Origin: Macrostomum hystrix
Taxonomy: Eukaryota; Animalia; Platyhelminthes
Direction: 5' to 3'
Length of the DNA stretch: 64,000 nt
NCBI GenBank assembly: GCA_950097015.1
Contig: CATNEN010000024.1
Coordinates: forward strand, 5,766,001-5,830,000
Shown: positions 1 to 13,515 of the stretch, piece after piece
Position numbering within the stretch: position 1 is the first letter of the stretch
Layout of the letters: every line of letters starts with the position of its first letter
Made by a program: the position numbers and the translations under genes
Notes under the pieces: generated by a model
The model's input: the letters and a program-made list of their open reading frames with translations, nothing else
Told to the model about the DNA's origin: nothing
The model's database searches: none

Positions 1-5
1 TGCAG

Positions 6-246
6 GTACAAAATGCTGTCAATTAGTGTTCTACCGGTAATCCAAGCCCTAGTGTTTCACATAGATCTGCTATTGTCCTTCAACTTGGCGGCCCTCAGCG
101 ACTCGCTGAAGCGCGACGAATATGCGCACCAGCGGTTGAAGGACAATCTGCGCTGGCGCAGGAAGTTCGAGATTGGCAGCATGGTCAGGCAGGCGGTCGA
201 GGAACTGCAGCTGCCGGAGATAGTCGCCAATGCAGCGTCCAAGTGA
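6..246 (+). CDS. Probable terminal coding exon of an unidentified host gene
   Basis: GC-rich open frame following a tgcag acceptor at 1-5, ending TGA at 244-246, then AT-rich sequence. No recognisable motif. Confidence 0.35.
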
Positions 247-772
247 CTGGACCCGTCATCGACATTCACCTAATCATCTATCACTGTTTCGTTGTAGCTC
301 GTTCTCAAATATAATCAATCAGTAAGCATGACAATGCGCACACTCTTAAATCCTAAAATTATCAGCTAACTTCAAACTTTCATGCATTATTTGACGTATT
401 TATTTGTTAAATATTGCTCGATATACTTTGATTGCACGTTGACTGTAACGACTTAGCTACTTATAGCATTGAAGTATTGAAGCTTATAGATTTTCTGATG
501 TTTTTTTACAGCAGTGGCTACATCCGATTGACGAGTAAGCATAGTCCAAAAGCTCATTTTACATCGTCTGTGGTTCGTACTATTATACTTACAACCTTAA
601 TTCCACGAGTAAGTCATATTCAAATAGTCATATTTTTTCCTGTATCTCCCAAAATATTCAACGATATTCAATTTAAGTTTAAATATTCAATACCCGACTT
701 TACCTCTATCAATCTACCAGTGACACCCCGACTCTACCACTGCCAATCTACCAGTGACACCCCGACTCTTCC

Positions 773-1446
773 TCAGGTTGGGGGGTGGATGTGGCAGACT
801 AACCTGAGGAACTGGGGCTGGGGCGGCAGACCAACCTGAGGAACTGGGGCTTGGGCGGCAGACCAACCTGAGGAACTGGAGGTGGGGCGGCAGACTAACC
901 TGAGGAACTGGAGGTGGGGCGGCAGACCAACCTGAGGAACTGGGGGTGGAGGTGGCAGACCAACCTGAGGAACTGGGGGTGGAGGTGGCAGACCAGCTTA
1001 GGAACTGGGAGTGGGGTGGCAGACCAGCTTAGGAACTGGGAGTGGGGTGGCAGACCAGCTTAGGAACTGGGGGTGGAGGTGACAGACCAACCTGAGGAAC
1101 TGGGGGTGGAGGTGGCAGACCAACCTGAGGAACTGGGGGTGGGGTGGCAGACCAGCTTAGGAACTGGGAGTGGGGTGGCAGACCAGCTTAGGAACTGGGG
1201 GTGGAGGTGGCAGACCAACCTGAGGAACTGGGGGTGGAGGTGGCAGACCAACCTGAGGAACTGGGGGTGGGGTGGCAGACCAGCTTAGGAACTGGGAGTG
1301 GGGTGGCAGACCAGCTTAGGAACTGGGGGTGGAGGTGGCAGACCAACCTGAGGAACTGGGAGTGGGGTGGCAGACCAGCTTAGGAACTGGGGGTGGAGGT
1401 GGCAGACCAACCTGAGGAACTGGGAGTGGGGTGGCAGACCAGCTTA
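773..1446. repeat. G-rich minisatellite, 31-33 bp units
   Basis: About 20 copies of two interleaved variants, GAGGAACTGGGGGTGGAGGTGGCAGACCAACCT (33 bp) and TAGGAACTGGGAGTGGGGTGGCAGACCAGCT (31 bp). Confidence 0.95.
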
Positions 1447-2103
1447 GTATTCTAGGGTAAGAACAATATTTTATAAAATAACAAAACTGCCAACTGCTAC
1501 AGCATTTGGTTTGGCGATGCAATTAGCAAAGTAAGCTAGCAATCTCAGGCAAAGAATCCAAAAGGAAACAGTTTACAATTTTTTTTTCAAAACAGAAAAG
1601 TAAAAAAACTAAATAAACTGAAGAGGGAGATGAAGCAGAGGGGAGAACGCCAATAAACGAGAAAACACATGAAATTATTTCGCACATTGTGAACTTTATA
1701 AGGCCGAATGGGGGCGAGAGTTGCATCAGGAGACAGTTACAATCTATTCACAATCTTCAAACAGACAGTTTAATGTACTCTGCAGGCACAGCCAAACATA
1801 ATTTAGTATAACTTGACAATAATAAAATGAAATATGAAAATCTGAAATTCGCCTGAACTGACCGGCAGTGTTTTAATTAACGAGCAATGATTATTTTGTC
1901 TCTTAAACAGTCTCCTAAAAAGATTACTAAAAATTTCTTAGTTGAACTTTTAGTAAATCTAATTTTAGTTTGTTATATAAAATTTCCTCAAAGGGCGTGT
2001 ACCTTGATAAAGCTGGAGTAAAAGAAGCAGAAGTGTGAGCCTATTATATATTGGTCATAAACGCAGTCTTACGAGTAGTTCTCAGTGCTCAGACGGAATG
2101 ATG

Positions 2104-4270
2104 TCAAACTGAGTACAGGCACAGGTTATTAGCCGGCCCATTTCTAAACGTTGGCGGGCTGAATGGGCTAAACCAGCGCCATGAGAATGGCCTGCCAAAT
2201 ACCGACTCCAACAGGGACATGCGCGACTGTCGCTTCCAGCTGTGCCGCTCGCGTTTTAGAGTCTCAATGCCCTGGGATGGAGGGTAGGCTGCCTTAGTAT
2301 GCACTGATTCGCGACAAGATTTGGGGATTTGAAGATGGGTCTGCGATTGGGGATTTGAGATTGGTCTGATATTTAGGGATTTGAGATTGGTCTGAGATTG
2401 GGGATTTGAGATTGGCCTGAGATTGGGGATTTGAGATTAGTCTGAGATTGGGGATTTGAGATCGGTCTGAGATTGGGGATTTGAGATTGGTCTGAGATTG
2501 GGGATTTGAGATTGGTCTGAGATTGGGATTTGATATTAGGGATTCGTTGTCAGTCCTGGATTTAGGGATTTAAGGTTTTGGTTTATATAAAATACATTTA
2601 AGCAGATTAAAAGTGAAAGTTTGCGTATAGCTTGGCAAAAACTCACAGTCTGATCCTTCATTATGCTGTGCAATTGGTCGCCAAACATGATAGCAGTGAA
2701 CAAGCCAAACATGATGCCCTCAAATATTAAGAGCACCAGCAGTATTATTGGCAACGGCTGTGATAAAATTGGCCTGCATACTATAATAAGATAGGATTAT
2801 GCGTTACAGTTAAAAATAATGTGTGAAATTCTCTTCTCTACTAAATGACTACGTAACTCGTAATTAAATGTGAAAAAAATGACGACGAAAAAACTTACTT
2901 TCCCAGTCGGAGCACATAACGAAATGATGAATGGTCATAAAGATAGCAAAGAAACTCAAAATGCAGATGTACATCTGTGGGCAAACAAGTGCGTGTCTTT
3001 ATCAAAATACTGTAGCCATTGTGGTGAATGGCTTTGTCTGGGTCCGAGGGATTCCTTATGACGATAGTCCATAAAATCCAAATCAACGTCATTGCAAACT
3101 CACTGTAAACAGAACAAAATATTTCTGGTTATATTCGCCCACGCAGTTATTAACCCACGGACAATGGTGATCCATCTTGCGGATACACCTGCGACAGACG
3201 CTGCAGTGATGCGACCGGTCCGGCTTGATGCTGAAGCACTTGCCGCACTTGTACACCACCCGGTCGCTGCCGTCAGGGCCGCAGCCCAGACTTCGTATGT
3301 TCTCTTCCGTGGCGTTACCCAACGGTACTGCGCCCTGGTGGATGGGTGAGTTTCATTGTCTCAGACACAAGGATAGGTTTTGCAGTTCTGTTTGTATAAC
3401 TACAGCGGAAACAATTGTCATTTAAGGGAACACCCATGAAGACGATTGTATGAAAATTATTTTATCTATCTGATCTCTCCGTGTCTCATATCTTACCTGT
3501 CTGATCTCTCAAATGGCTTATCTTATTCCCGTATCGTCTCATACGTGTATCATCTCTCTTCTGTCTCATTTCTAACATTGCTCCATTTTTATTTCTTTAT
3601 CTTCCCTAACGGTTTCTTCTCTATTTTTTTAATCCAAACGACTTATTTAAACAACTTAATTTCATTTAAAATTGTTAATGAATATAAAATTGAAAGACTG
3701 AAAAAAGGGTGCTAGCCCAACCTACAGAAAAATTGATAGAGACTAACGCAAAGAACACAACACATTTAGACTCACAGGATCCGAAAACATCGCCTTGCAG
3801 TGCGACCAGAAGGCCAGTCCGGACAGGGTGTGAAACACTGTTCCGGCGATCCAATTGAAGCTAGCCGAATCAGACGTCGGCAGAATGACAGTGGTGACAA
3901 CGAATTCGCCAAAGCCAAGCAGCAGCCAGGTAAAAAATGCGCAGAACACGCCGCAGACGTCCATAACTAGCCAGCAGCCGCGGGGTGGAAACTGGCGGAC
4001 ACCAATTAGACGACAGAGCCAGTTGCAGCGGAAAACCGCGAGCTTCTTTGGCGGCTTAGCCGGATCCTGACCCCGACGGCCGGCCACTGTCTTGACAATG
4101 ATCTTCGGGCCGCTGGTAACCAGCCGGCTGCTGCTCTCCCCTCCACTGCCGCCTAGACTTCTTGAATGGTCATCAATAGGACCATGGTTGTCCTCGAGTG
4201 TCACAGCAACCATTGGGGATCGCTCGGTAAGCTGACTGCCACCAAGGAGGACATTGGCTGCTATAGACAT
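2104..4270 (-). CDS. ZDHHC3/7: DHHC-type protein S-acyltransferase, ZDHHC3/7-like; exons 4270-3776, 3334-3104, 2974-2899, 2780-2647, 2271-2104
   Basis: The DHHC-CRD reads [47 protein letters not shown]. All introns are GT-AG with compatible phases (0,0,1,0). The spliced product follows the ZDHHC3 pattern: [22 protein letters not shown]...DWE-ICRP...FEG, DQT-GIETLK...[14 protein letters not shown]. Confidence 0.93.
2323..2535. repeat. 25-bp tandem repeat in intron 4 of the DHHC gene
   Basis: About 8 copies of GATTGGGGATTTGAGATTGGTCTGA. Confidence 0.9.
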
Positions 4271-4921
4271 TGTTAATACAGTTTGATTCCTGTCTGAAAA
4301 AAATGGTCATGAAGCTTTAATTGATTGGGACAAGTACTTTTATAGTGATTGACTGCCTCAGCAATCAGCCAGTTTGGCTTAGTCAGTTCATACTGACAAG
4401 AGTGTGATTAAAAGTTTCAGAATATAGCTCAGAATATAACATAGTGTGACTATGCCATAGTAGTCACACTATGATTGCTCAAAAAATCATATCTAAAGTT
4501 CTATCTATGGCATAAAGGTGATCCTTAGCATATGCTCATTAAAAATATGACCCCTAGATTGTATGATAAAATATTGGCAGGAATATTTTGGGCACCAGCG
4601 AGAGACAATGCTACCCATTCAGCTCACTTCTAAGCATACATGCACAAATACCATAATAAGTATATTAAAGTATATTAATTTGAATATTTAAAATATTCAT
4701 TACCATAGCCAATTAGGAATAATAAGCAAGACATACTTTTTTGCTTGCATTTAGGCCTACTTTATTTAAACAACTAACTTTGCAAGAAAGCACATGATCA
4801 AAACAACCAAACAAGCATATAGACTTTTGAAAGAAAATTCCTATAGCAAATGTTATAGGCCAAGTCTGATAATGCTGTGATCTACAATCATTATTAGGCA
4901 TATTATAATAATATTATTATT

Positions 4922-7030
4922 AAGTTTGAATTGTTACTGATGTAGATTGTAGGTCTGTGTCTATTAACCTAAGGTAATTAAAGAGGCCTTTTAACAAAGT
5001 GGATTATATTATATCATATTATCTCTTTGTCATAATTTTGACCAAATTATACATTGTATATATAAAATATGATAATACCAGTACCAGGGGTGTCCAAAAA
5101 GTAGTGGGGATTTTCAAAGTAGCTCATAATTAGATTCAGACACATGAAATTCCTTTATGTTTTATGAAAGTGGATTTCTGTATCTCTGCAATACTTTTTT
5201 AATTTAGCTATTATCATCTGGCATTCAAGAGTTATGAACCATTTAGAGCAGTTCCCCAGGTTACAACTTACAGAAACTTTAACAAGTAGTAATTAAGACG
5301 AAACATGACAAGTGCGCAACGAATCAATTGCATGAGCGTATTGCTCCTTGGGAATTGCAAAAACAAGGATACATCGAAGCTCTTCTTCAAGGCAATGACA
5401 ATTCGCATAGACTTTGCCTTGAAGCTGCTCCTTCAGTCTTGGAAAAAGACAAAAGTTTGCTGGCACTAAGTCAGGGGAGTAGGGTGGGTGAGGCAAGAGT
5501 TCAAACTTCATGCACTGAATTGCCTCCACTGTTTGAAGCCATAAGCAGTCGGGCATTGTGGTGGAGAACCGAGGGCTTGATTCCACTGCACCATTTATTG
5601 TGGATGTCAGCCTTGAGCTTCTTTAGAGACAAGATGTAGTGCTCTGCATTGACAGTTGTGTTTTGTTCTAGGAAATCAATTGTCAAGGGGCCGTGACAAT
5701 CGAAAAAAAGCAACAACATCAGTGGATGTCGGACATGTTTGCACAATCTTTGGATGCTTCAAATGCGCAAGTTAACAAATGCTTGGCTTGGTTTGCATCT
5801 AAAGCTTGAGATTGACTGGCTTTGGTGATGCTTGCATGAGCATAGTTCTCATGTTGAGCCCATAGACATGCTCAAGCATTTCTGTAGGCATCATCGTGTA
5901 AACTTAAAGCAGAAAAAGTACAAAGCAAAACTTTCTTCATTTATTTAAGTTGAAAATACAAGAATTCAATAAATTAAATAATAAATTTATCTCTGATTAG
6001 GCCTAGCACCTTTTGATTTAGAAAAATGTGTGCCACTATTGTAGCACACATAAATGACTTTGTAGTACTTCAAAGCAACCTTTAGTGTTCTTTTTGGGAC
6101 TCGGCATTGAGCACTAGAAATAGTGCGTAACTCTCTAATTTTCAAGATAGATAGGCCTAAGATAGATAGAAAGATATGTTGAAGATAGGACAGCTATCTT
6201 GTCAGTGTGCCACATACATGCGCAACACCCGGCCGACCCGGCCAAACCGGCCGGGTGAAACGAGGGCCAAGCAAGGTAAGTCGCAAAAACCAATCAACCA
6301 AGCGCCAAAAAATCAAAGGGGGGACCAAGGGACAAAAAAGGAAGGCGTGAAGAAAAGGAAAAAGGGGAGAGAAAAAGAGAGCAAATGAGAGCAAACTAAG
6401 TCGTAAATAGAGCAATGAAACGAACTAAGTCGCAAATGAGAGCAAAAACTAAGTCGCAAGGCCGGCTAAGATTTGGGAGGTTGCGCATGTATGGTGTGCC
6501 ATACAGATAAGCAGGAAATTATTCCTACTGTAGCGCAGGAATAAGACAAAAGTTAGGCTATTTCTACTGTACCATGGGGATAAGCACTGCCATAGATAAT
6601 ATGATTATATTAGGCCTAACTGTTTATGTATAATGTATATAATGTATATAAATATATATTATTATATTATATTGTAGCGGACCTAAAAGCAAAGATTTTG
6701 GTCAGTACTTTGCTAGGCCACTTGACCATTGTTTCCCCAAAACCTTGTTGGCTTAGGCCTAGTTATTGTCTATGGTCCTTAGTCTGAGGCACAGTTGCAA
6801 CTTAGATGAAGCCACTTGTTGCTCAAGCTTTGTTGTTTAACTTTCTGCTTGCAAGCTAGAGAGCTAGGGCCTACCCACAAATATATGCTAGAGTTTTGAT
6901 CTTCTACAATATGATAATAAAATATGATATAATAGGCCTAGAATGAAATCCACTTCGTTAAAAAACATTTTAAGTTATGTTTGGCAAATAGACACAGACC
7001 TACTATCTATATCAGTAAAAAATCAAACTT
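4922..7030. mobile_element. Non-autonomous TIR element (about 2.1 kb) bounded by 44-bp imperfect inverted repeats
   Basis: AAGTTTGAATTGTTACTGATGTAGATTGTAGGTCTGTGTCTATT at 4922-4965 matches the reverse complement of 6987-7030 with 4 mismatches. No clear TSD. Confidence 0.5.
5082..5760 (-). pseudogene. Mariner (Tc1/mariner, DD34D-type) transposase remnant
   Basis: Frameshifted fragments LFFDCHG...TVNAEHY...LHHNAR and ELLPHPPYSPDLVPANFCLFPRLKEQLQG. The catalytic Asp positions are degenerate. A mariner-like end, TACCAGGGGTGTCCAAAAAGT, lies at 5082. Confidence 0.85.
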
Positions 7031-9093
7031 GTGAAATAATATGCAATTAATGATTGCAGATCACAGCATAATCCAACTTGACCTACAAAATTAGCTTCAA
7101 GAATTTTGCTTTCTTATATATATTATAGCCAAAGGCCAAAAAGTCTAAATAGGCCCTAATGACTATTTCATTTTTGTTTCATCTAGTTTTGACAATCATG
7201 ATTTAAAAATATATACTCAGATTATAGATGACTAGCTAGCCTATACTACTCTAGTCTAGAGCAGATGTTTATAGTTAGGTATATGCCTAGCAATCTAAAC
7301 TAAACCTTATTATACTCATATTGTTCACACCTATAATTTCAGTAATTGAAAATTGTTTCAAATTAATCAAATATTTGCTGTAGTTGTACAATTTAAAAGG
7401 CACTAATCAGCAGCCATGTGGAAATCCAACCCTACATTACATTCCCATTCACCCATTGTGCATGTGACATCACAGTTAAAGGCCCAGTGCTTAATAAAAA
7501 GTTGAGTTGGGGAGAAACCCAAGATACGGGAACTAAGGAAAGCAACGGGAAAAATTTCCATCATCATAACCATTTCCTGGACCTCATATCCATATCCGAA
7601 CTTTTGTCCAAAAAGCTACACACCCATTACTTCCCATAGCGAAGCTGTATCCGTAGCTACAGCACAACTCTAGTTTAAAGAAGTCAAGAAAACCTACAAA
7701 CTACTAGTAGTAGTATATTACACTTAGTAGTCCACTCGTTTTTCTAGTTTTCTACTAGCTGGTGATGTACTGATCGGTTAATTGCTGTATAAATCATGAA
7801 CCACGTTAGAGTTGTCGTCTATGAACGCTATTTCTTAGAAAAAATTAGAAACTACAAACAAATCACATTTTATAGAACACTACCTAAATGCCTGGCGTTG
7901 AAAAGGCACATTGTCAAGCATAAAAACAAGTCGTTTAAAATGATTCACGATAAAGAAGCACTGTTAATTTGTTTAAATTACTCGAAATAGTTAATTTTAA
8001 ATCGTTTGTTTGTTTGTTTGTTACGCACGTGGTCGATCGATCACTTGGGTCGTTCTCAAAACTTCGGTCAGGTATGAATTAACAAATGCCAGTGATTTAA
8101 AAGAGTGGAGCTGTTAAAATCTATGTCTGGAGAAGGAACCTTAATGCAATATATTTTTATTTTATTCAACTTTTCCAGTTTTGAGAATGCTTAAATCTTT
8201 AAATAATATTCTAGTGTCAATTTAAAGTTATCGCGCTAGCTCACAACGATTACACTAAAGATGAAGCCACTAAATATATTTGAAATAAAATTGTTTCATA
8301 TTATAATACTTATATAAAAACAAAAGAGTGGAGACAAAAACTCTAGCTCCCACATCTAAGTTTCTTGTTTACTATCCAAACGGGCTGATTTGCACAGGGA
8401 CATTTTTTCTTCATTTTTTTACTTTTTAAGCTGCTAACAGTGCTAAATAATAAAAACTGTAAAAAAATTGCACTGACTGACCAAAACACGAAATCAAACA
8501 TTTCTTTTTTTTCGAATATATAGAAAAAAAAATTTTTTGTAGCTTTGAATTCATATCTCTTATCAAAAAATACTTTTTTGGATTTTTCTTTTTAAAATGT
8601 CTTTATTTGAAGCACAGTTTTTTTTCTATAAGTCTAATATAACTTGATTTATTGTTTTTTATTTAAGCTGAAACCTCCATTGGTAGTTTTATATAATTCA
8701 AGCTTTGAAAAATTGTACAATATGTTATATACATCTGAACCAGTTTTGCATGCACTGCAGATTTTCCAGATTTTATCTTTTTTTTAATGTTTTTTTTCTA
8801 TAAGTTTTACATAACATAGGCCATGGTCAATAATATAAGCTCAAACTTGACCAGCATATTCCCTACATCTCAAGCTTTGAAAAGAGGTATAGATTTGCTT
8901 GTATATTGCATACTAGTTTTGCAGGTACTCCAAATATTAGTTTTTGCTATGCTTTTCAATGTTGTTGTGGTACATGACTTCGGTCGCAATTAATTAGTTA
9001 GGCTGAAACGTGAAATGCATATTTTATATGTATAAAGCTTCGAAATGTGTAATTATATAAAGTATAAACCTTTCGCATGCATGTACTTTTCAG

Positions 9094-9759
9094 TCAGCGC
9101 AGTCAGCACATTTCGGAGATCGCAGCCAGGTCACCATACATCAGGGTGTCGCCTACTTGGACGGCTGTGAACCACAGTCCTTTGCTTCACTGTCAGACGA
9201 CAAAAGCAAGAAAGCCGACGCCATTGCTGCTCATCTGGAACCAGTTTTGAATCATTTTCAAACCGTGCTCAGAAATTCAATCGAGCGAGTGACGATCATT
9301 TCAGATTCTCCGAGCAGTCAATATCGTAATCGAAAAACGCTTTACATCGTTGACCGGCTACTGCGACAAAACAATATTCTTCGTTGGCAGTGGCTCTACA
9401 CTGAGGCCGGTCATGGCAAAGGGGCAGCTGACGGCGTCGGTGCAATCATCAAACGTCGCTGCGACCGGCTCGTGTCCACGGGTGAAATGAAGCAAATTGG
9501 GACGGCAGACGACGTACTAAAAGTAATGGAAACCGTTCCAAGGCTGGATGTCATCTCGTTCAGGGTAACAACGGATGACATCGCCAGGTACTCCAAGGTG
9601 CTGGATATGGTGAGGCTGCAGGCTATGCCAGGAATTGCTAGAGCACACCACGTCTGCCGACTCAGCAGCGGCGTGCTATATCGCGAGTTGTTCTGTTCCT
9701 GCCAGGAAGTTGCTGATATTGCTGATGTGCCACAATGCGAAGTCGTGGCTCATGTTTGA
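9094..9759 (+). pseudogene. Sola-like DDD transposase catalytic exon (N-terminal exons not found)
   Basis: Follows a tttcag acceptor. Motifs SAQSAHFG..QVTIHQGV, IISDSPSSQYRNRK and LYTEAGHGKGAADGVGAIIKR, with C-terminal CSC. Confidence 0.65.
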
Positions 9760-10319
9760 AGCACCTTTGATCCGAAGTGGCGAGCAACAGATTGCGAAGA
9801 ATGCACACCTGACTGAAAGCGGAGGCGGCAGCAATGTAGCAGCTAGTACGGGTTGGAAACGAAGCCCAAGCTGTCGCCGATCAGAGTCCAGCCAAGTGTT
9901 AATGCACTTTCGAAGCCAGGTTGGCACTCAGAGCAACCCTACAGTCGTGATTTCATTTCAATGATACTTGAATTAAGCAGCTTCGCAAGTGCTCAGTTAC
10001 TTTCAATCGCTAGTTAAAAATCGCATTACGAGCACACTAATTATTTGTGTATTATTTTTAAGGGTAAATAACAATATTAGCTAGATTTTGATACGACGCT
10101 TCAAACTCCCTAGAAGTCATATTTCGGGTTGGGTGAGTTCGATACTTTCAGATTTTCGCATAGGAAATGTACACCTTACTAAAGATTCTCAATTGAGAAA
10201 TGAGTATTCGCAAGTTCAGGCCATAAGAGTACAGTACGTATCAAAGATCGCTTCACAAATTTTCGCCTTGTTTTTGTACAGTACGAGGAAAAAAAAGAGA
10301 AATTATACGTAACGAGTTA

Positions 10320-10626
10320 ATTGATTATTAATAATTGATTACACCTGCCCCAATCGGGCCAGATGTGCAGCCGACAGCACAGCCGCAGCTATTGCGCGGC
10401 GCATCTGAAGGCTGCGTACAGCTGTTCAGTCCATGGACTGGGGGGACGCCACACCCACCTTCAATTATCCCAGCTGATGCTGGTACCCATTTAAGAGCTG
10501 GGTGAACTGAAGCAATGCAGAGTTAAGTGTCTTGCTAAAGGACACAAATTGTTTCATTGGAGTCGGGAATCGAACCCCCGACCTTCAAGTCGTTAGTCCG
10601 ACGCCCTAACCACGAGTTAGGGCAGG
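10320..10626 (-). mobile_element. tRNA(Val)-derived SINE
   Basis: The minus strand has an A box (TAACTCGTGG), an anticodon-like CT-AAC-GA and a B box (GGTTCGATTCC), but the acceptor stem does not pair. It is followed by TGTGTCCTTTAGCAAGACACTTAAC...TTGCT...CCCAGCT...AATGGGTAC, resembling the V/Meta-SINE central domain. Confidence 0.7.
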
Positions 10627-12472
10627 TGTACAAGGAATGTAAATTTGTAAATAAAAAACTGTTAAAATAAAATTGTTTAACTTTTTAAAATTGTTTGTTT
10701 TGTCTTCTTTAGGTCTTTGCTATCTAGAAAAAAGTAATTGACTGAGACATTCCTATAAAAATTACAGTCACATGTCCGATCATATTTATTGAACCACAAA
10801 ATCACTATAGGTATTGCAATCAGGAAAAAAATTTTGCGTTGAGCAACAAAAGCAATCTTATAAATTTACATTTGTTTACACAAAGTATAGGCAAATATTT
10901 CATTCTACAGTTGTTGTAACAGTTCTTTATCTAGTTGAGACATTTGTGTTGTTTTGAGAATGTTTAAATATTTGCATGTATTTACTTTACTTTTTGTAGT
11001 TTTTGCAAATTGTATTTGTATTTATTTGTATTTATGCTCGCATATATATTTATATCTCCTATATTACCACTTAAACGCTACTGTATAAAACCAGGCAAGC
11101 ACTTTGCTACTTTGCTAAGTAACTAAAAGCATAGACACTTCAAAACTTTTTAATTTTCGTTTCCAACTATCATGTCAAAGCTTGTCAACTATAATTTAGC
11201 TAGGCAATAAAGTCCACTATCTAGAAGCTGTGCTGTCTTCGTTGTGATAAAATAGGTTTACGAGACAAAATTTGCGACAGAGGAAGAAATATTCCTCAAT
11301 TTTTATTCAACGAAACATCTGGTATTACGGTTGAGCTGTGATGAATTGCGTGTGTTGTTGTTAAGAGGTTTGGGTCTAAGACCCGCAGGTCAGCCCTGGG
11401 AGGGGCTCTTCCGCTGTAGGTACTGTATATTTATTGGATATGATTGACGAAAAATATTTTACACGATAAAAAAAAACGAGTGGAAAATATTTTTTGGTAT
11501 ATTGAGTGCGCATGATTGGGATAAAAAATGGGTCCTCACAAAGATTAGGACATCAGGATAAAAGAGGAAATCTAAGACAAGCGCATAGTACATATGAATT
11601 TGCAAAGCCTAGCCAACCCCCAAATTGGTTAGGGTATCGCATTTTCGCATTTGTAATTTAGCAGAAAGATTAGAGCTTAGTAATTAGATTGATAGCTTTT
11701 GGCGCATCGCAAGGGGAGCAGCCTAGGTGAGTTATAGGTAGATTGAGATTGTAGTGCGTTTTTTCGCATTGGAGGGTTACAGAAAAATTGATGGAAAAAA
11801 TTTATTTGAGAGTTTGTAGCTAGATTGGTAGTCCTGGCGCATCACACATAAGGGGAGCAGCCTAGGGTTTACATTGGTGAATTGGTTTGGTTTGGTTTGT
11901 GTCCGCAAAAAACGACTCCGTATTGGAGGGCAAAGGGCATTGCAAATTTTTTAGTAAAATAATCTAATGATCATTGAACTCTTAAAGTGATGCGAATTGG
12001 ACTGGCAGGGCCTTGCAATGCTGAGCCAATACTGTCCCGTGCCCATAAACTAGCCTGAACCCTAAAAAAATTGTACTTTACCTTTCCAGTTCCGGCCCAT
12101 TGTTAGGTAAACTGTCAGACACCCACCACCCCGCCTAATTTCTATAGCCTACTCTTGCCAAAAAAATATGACCCCCCAGCGGTTCTAAGCCTATTCAATT
12201 TCTTTCTAAGTCACTTAGAGAACATCCTCCCCTGCTCTCTAAAGTGACAGTGACAACTGCCCTTTATACCAAATTATGCTTCAGCCAAATAATAAATCAA
12301 CAAGCCCAAGCCCATACGCCCACCCCAATCTAGTTCAAGCTTGAAATCTTCGTAACTCAAAACTAGAAAACACTTCTCACCCCAATATCACCTACTTGCA
12401 GTAAGCTGGTAAGAAACTTGCCAAATGACCCAAAGGAATACCTGGATGGCTTAGTGTCTAGTGCCGGGACTT

Positions 12473-12707
12473 GTTATTATTATTTTTTTTTTCCACTTTT
12501 TTGCCAAACTAACGAGCAAGCACAACATGAGATAAACTGCTGCATATGTTGGGTGCTGTGTGGAGATTGTTTTTTGGTTGCTGTTGCAGCAACAGCTGCC
12601 TCTTTTAGTTTGTCCTGCCTGGACCCCTGGGCGCTGGTGTAGCAGCAGCTATTCTCCTCTCCAGGATTTCCCAGAGGTGATGTAGAACAGGCATTCTGGA
12701 CCCCGGT
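12473..12707 (-). mobile_element. 3' end of a non-LTR retrotransposon (ORF end, UTR, A/TAA tail), left of the Polinton
   Basis: Its frame (PGSRMPVLHHLWEILERR...GRTN, stop at 12605) continues the ORF at 30095-30618 once the Polinton is removed. An A/TAA tail lies at about 12473-12492. Confidence 0.7.
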
Positions 12708-13232
12708 AGTAGTATGAGTTTATGCAACTCTGCCGCACTTGCATTGCGGAGATAGGCGGCAATGCAAAAGGATAGGACGGCGTGGCGATGGCATGGGGTG
12801 GGTGTTAATTGGGTTGGGGTTAGGGCAGGCCGCGCGTGTATGATTAGGCAAGCCAGGCGCATTGTACATTGGTGGAGCGAGGGGTGAGGCGCTTAGAGGG
12901 GTCTGAGGGGAAGGAAGAGAGGAAGAGGGAGTCCTTCTGTGTGACCCAATGCCGATGCTCTAATGCTTATTCAACTCTGTCGCACTTGGACAGAGATTGG
13001 AGAAGGGGCGCTCCTATGCTTGTGCAACTCTGCCGCACATACAAGGCGGAAATGAAAAGGGATAGGATTGGCCTGGCCATTGGTTGGCAGTCTGGGGAGT
13101 TGGGGTGGGGGATAATCGGATTGGACAGGGGTCCTCGCGCGTGTTGTAGCCCGCCGCTCTGTACAGAGTTGGAAATGAAGAGAGCCCTTCTATGTTTATG
13201 CGACTCTGCCGCACTTGGATAGAGATTGGAGA
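12708..13232 (+). repeat. Polinton left TIR
   Basis: Reverse complement of 29571-30094, with about 5 substitutions and one indel seen by eye. Confidence 0.95.
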
Positions 13233-13515
13233 AGGGCGCCCCAAATGCTTATGCAACTCTGCTGCACTAACAGTTGGTGCAGGAGCATGATGCGATATAT
13301 ATAAGAGTAAAGCAGCCCAGCTTGCTGCCAGCAATGAGCTTTGTTATTGTGAAGTAGACGGCAATGCTCTGAATGGTACATATTAAAAATTAATATAAGA
13401 GTCAGGTTTTATGAGCTGAAGAGATCTTATGTGCCCAATATGATGATCTGCTGTACGGAAAATTATATAGCGGCTCGAGTGCCTGAATATAAGCCTGTAT
13501 GTTTACACACTACGG

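Noticed and set aside
1060-1522. Several 60-70 aa ORFs on both strands
   Set aside because: They are artefacts of a stop-poor G-rich minisatellite.
10553-10626. Functional tRNA-Val gene
   Set aside because: The acceptor and anticodon stems do not pair, and the sequence runs into a SINE body.
12605-13381. ORFs within the TIR, mirrored at 29589-29933
   Set aside because: They are open frames in purine-rich repeated DNA with non-ATG starts and no motif. Only their mirror symmetry is informative.
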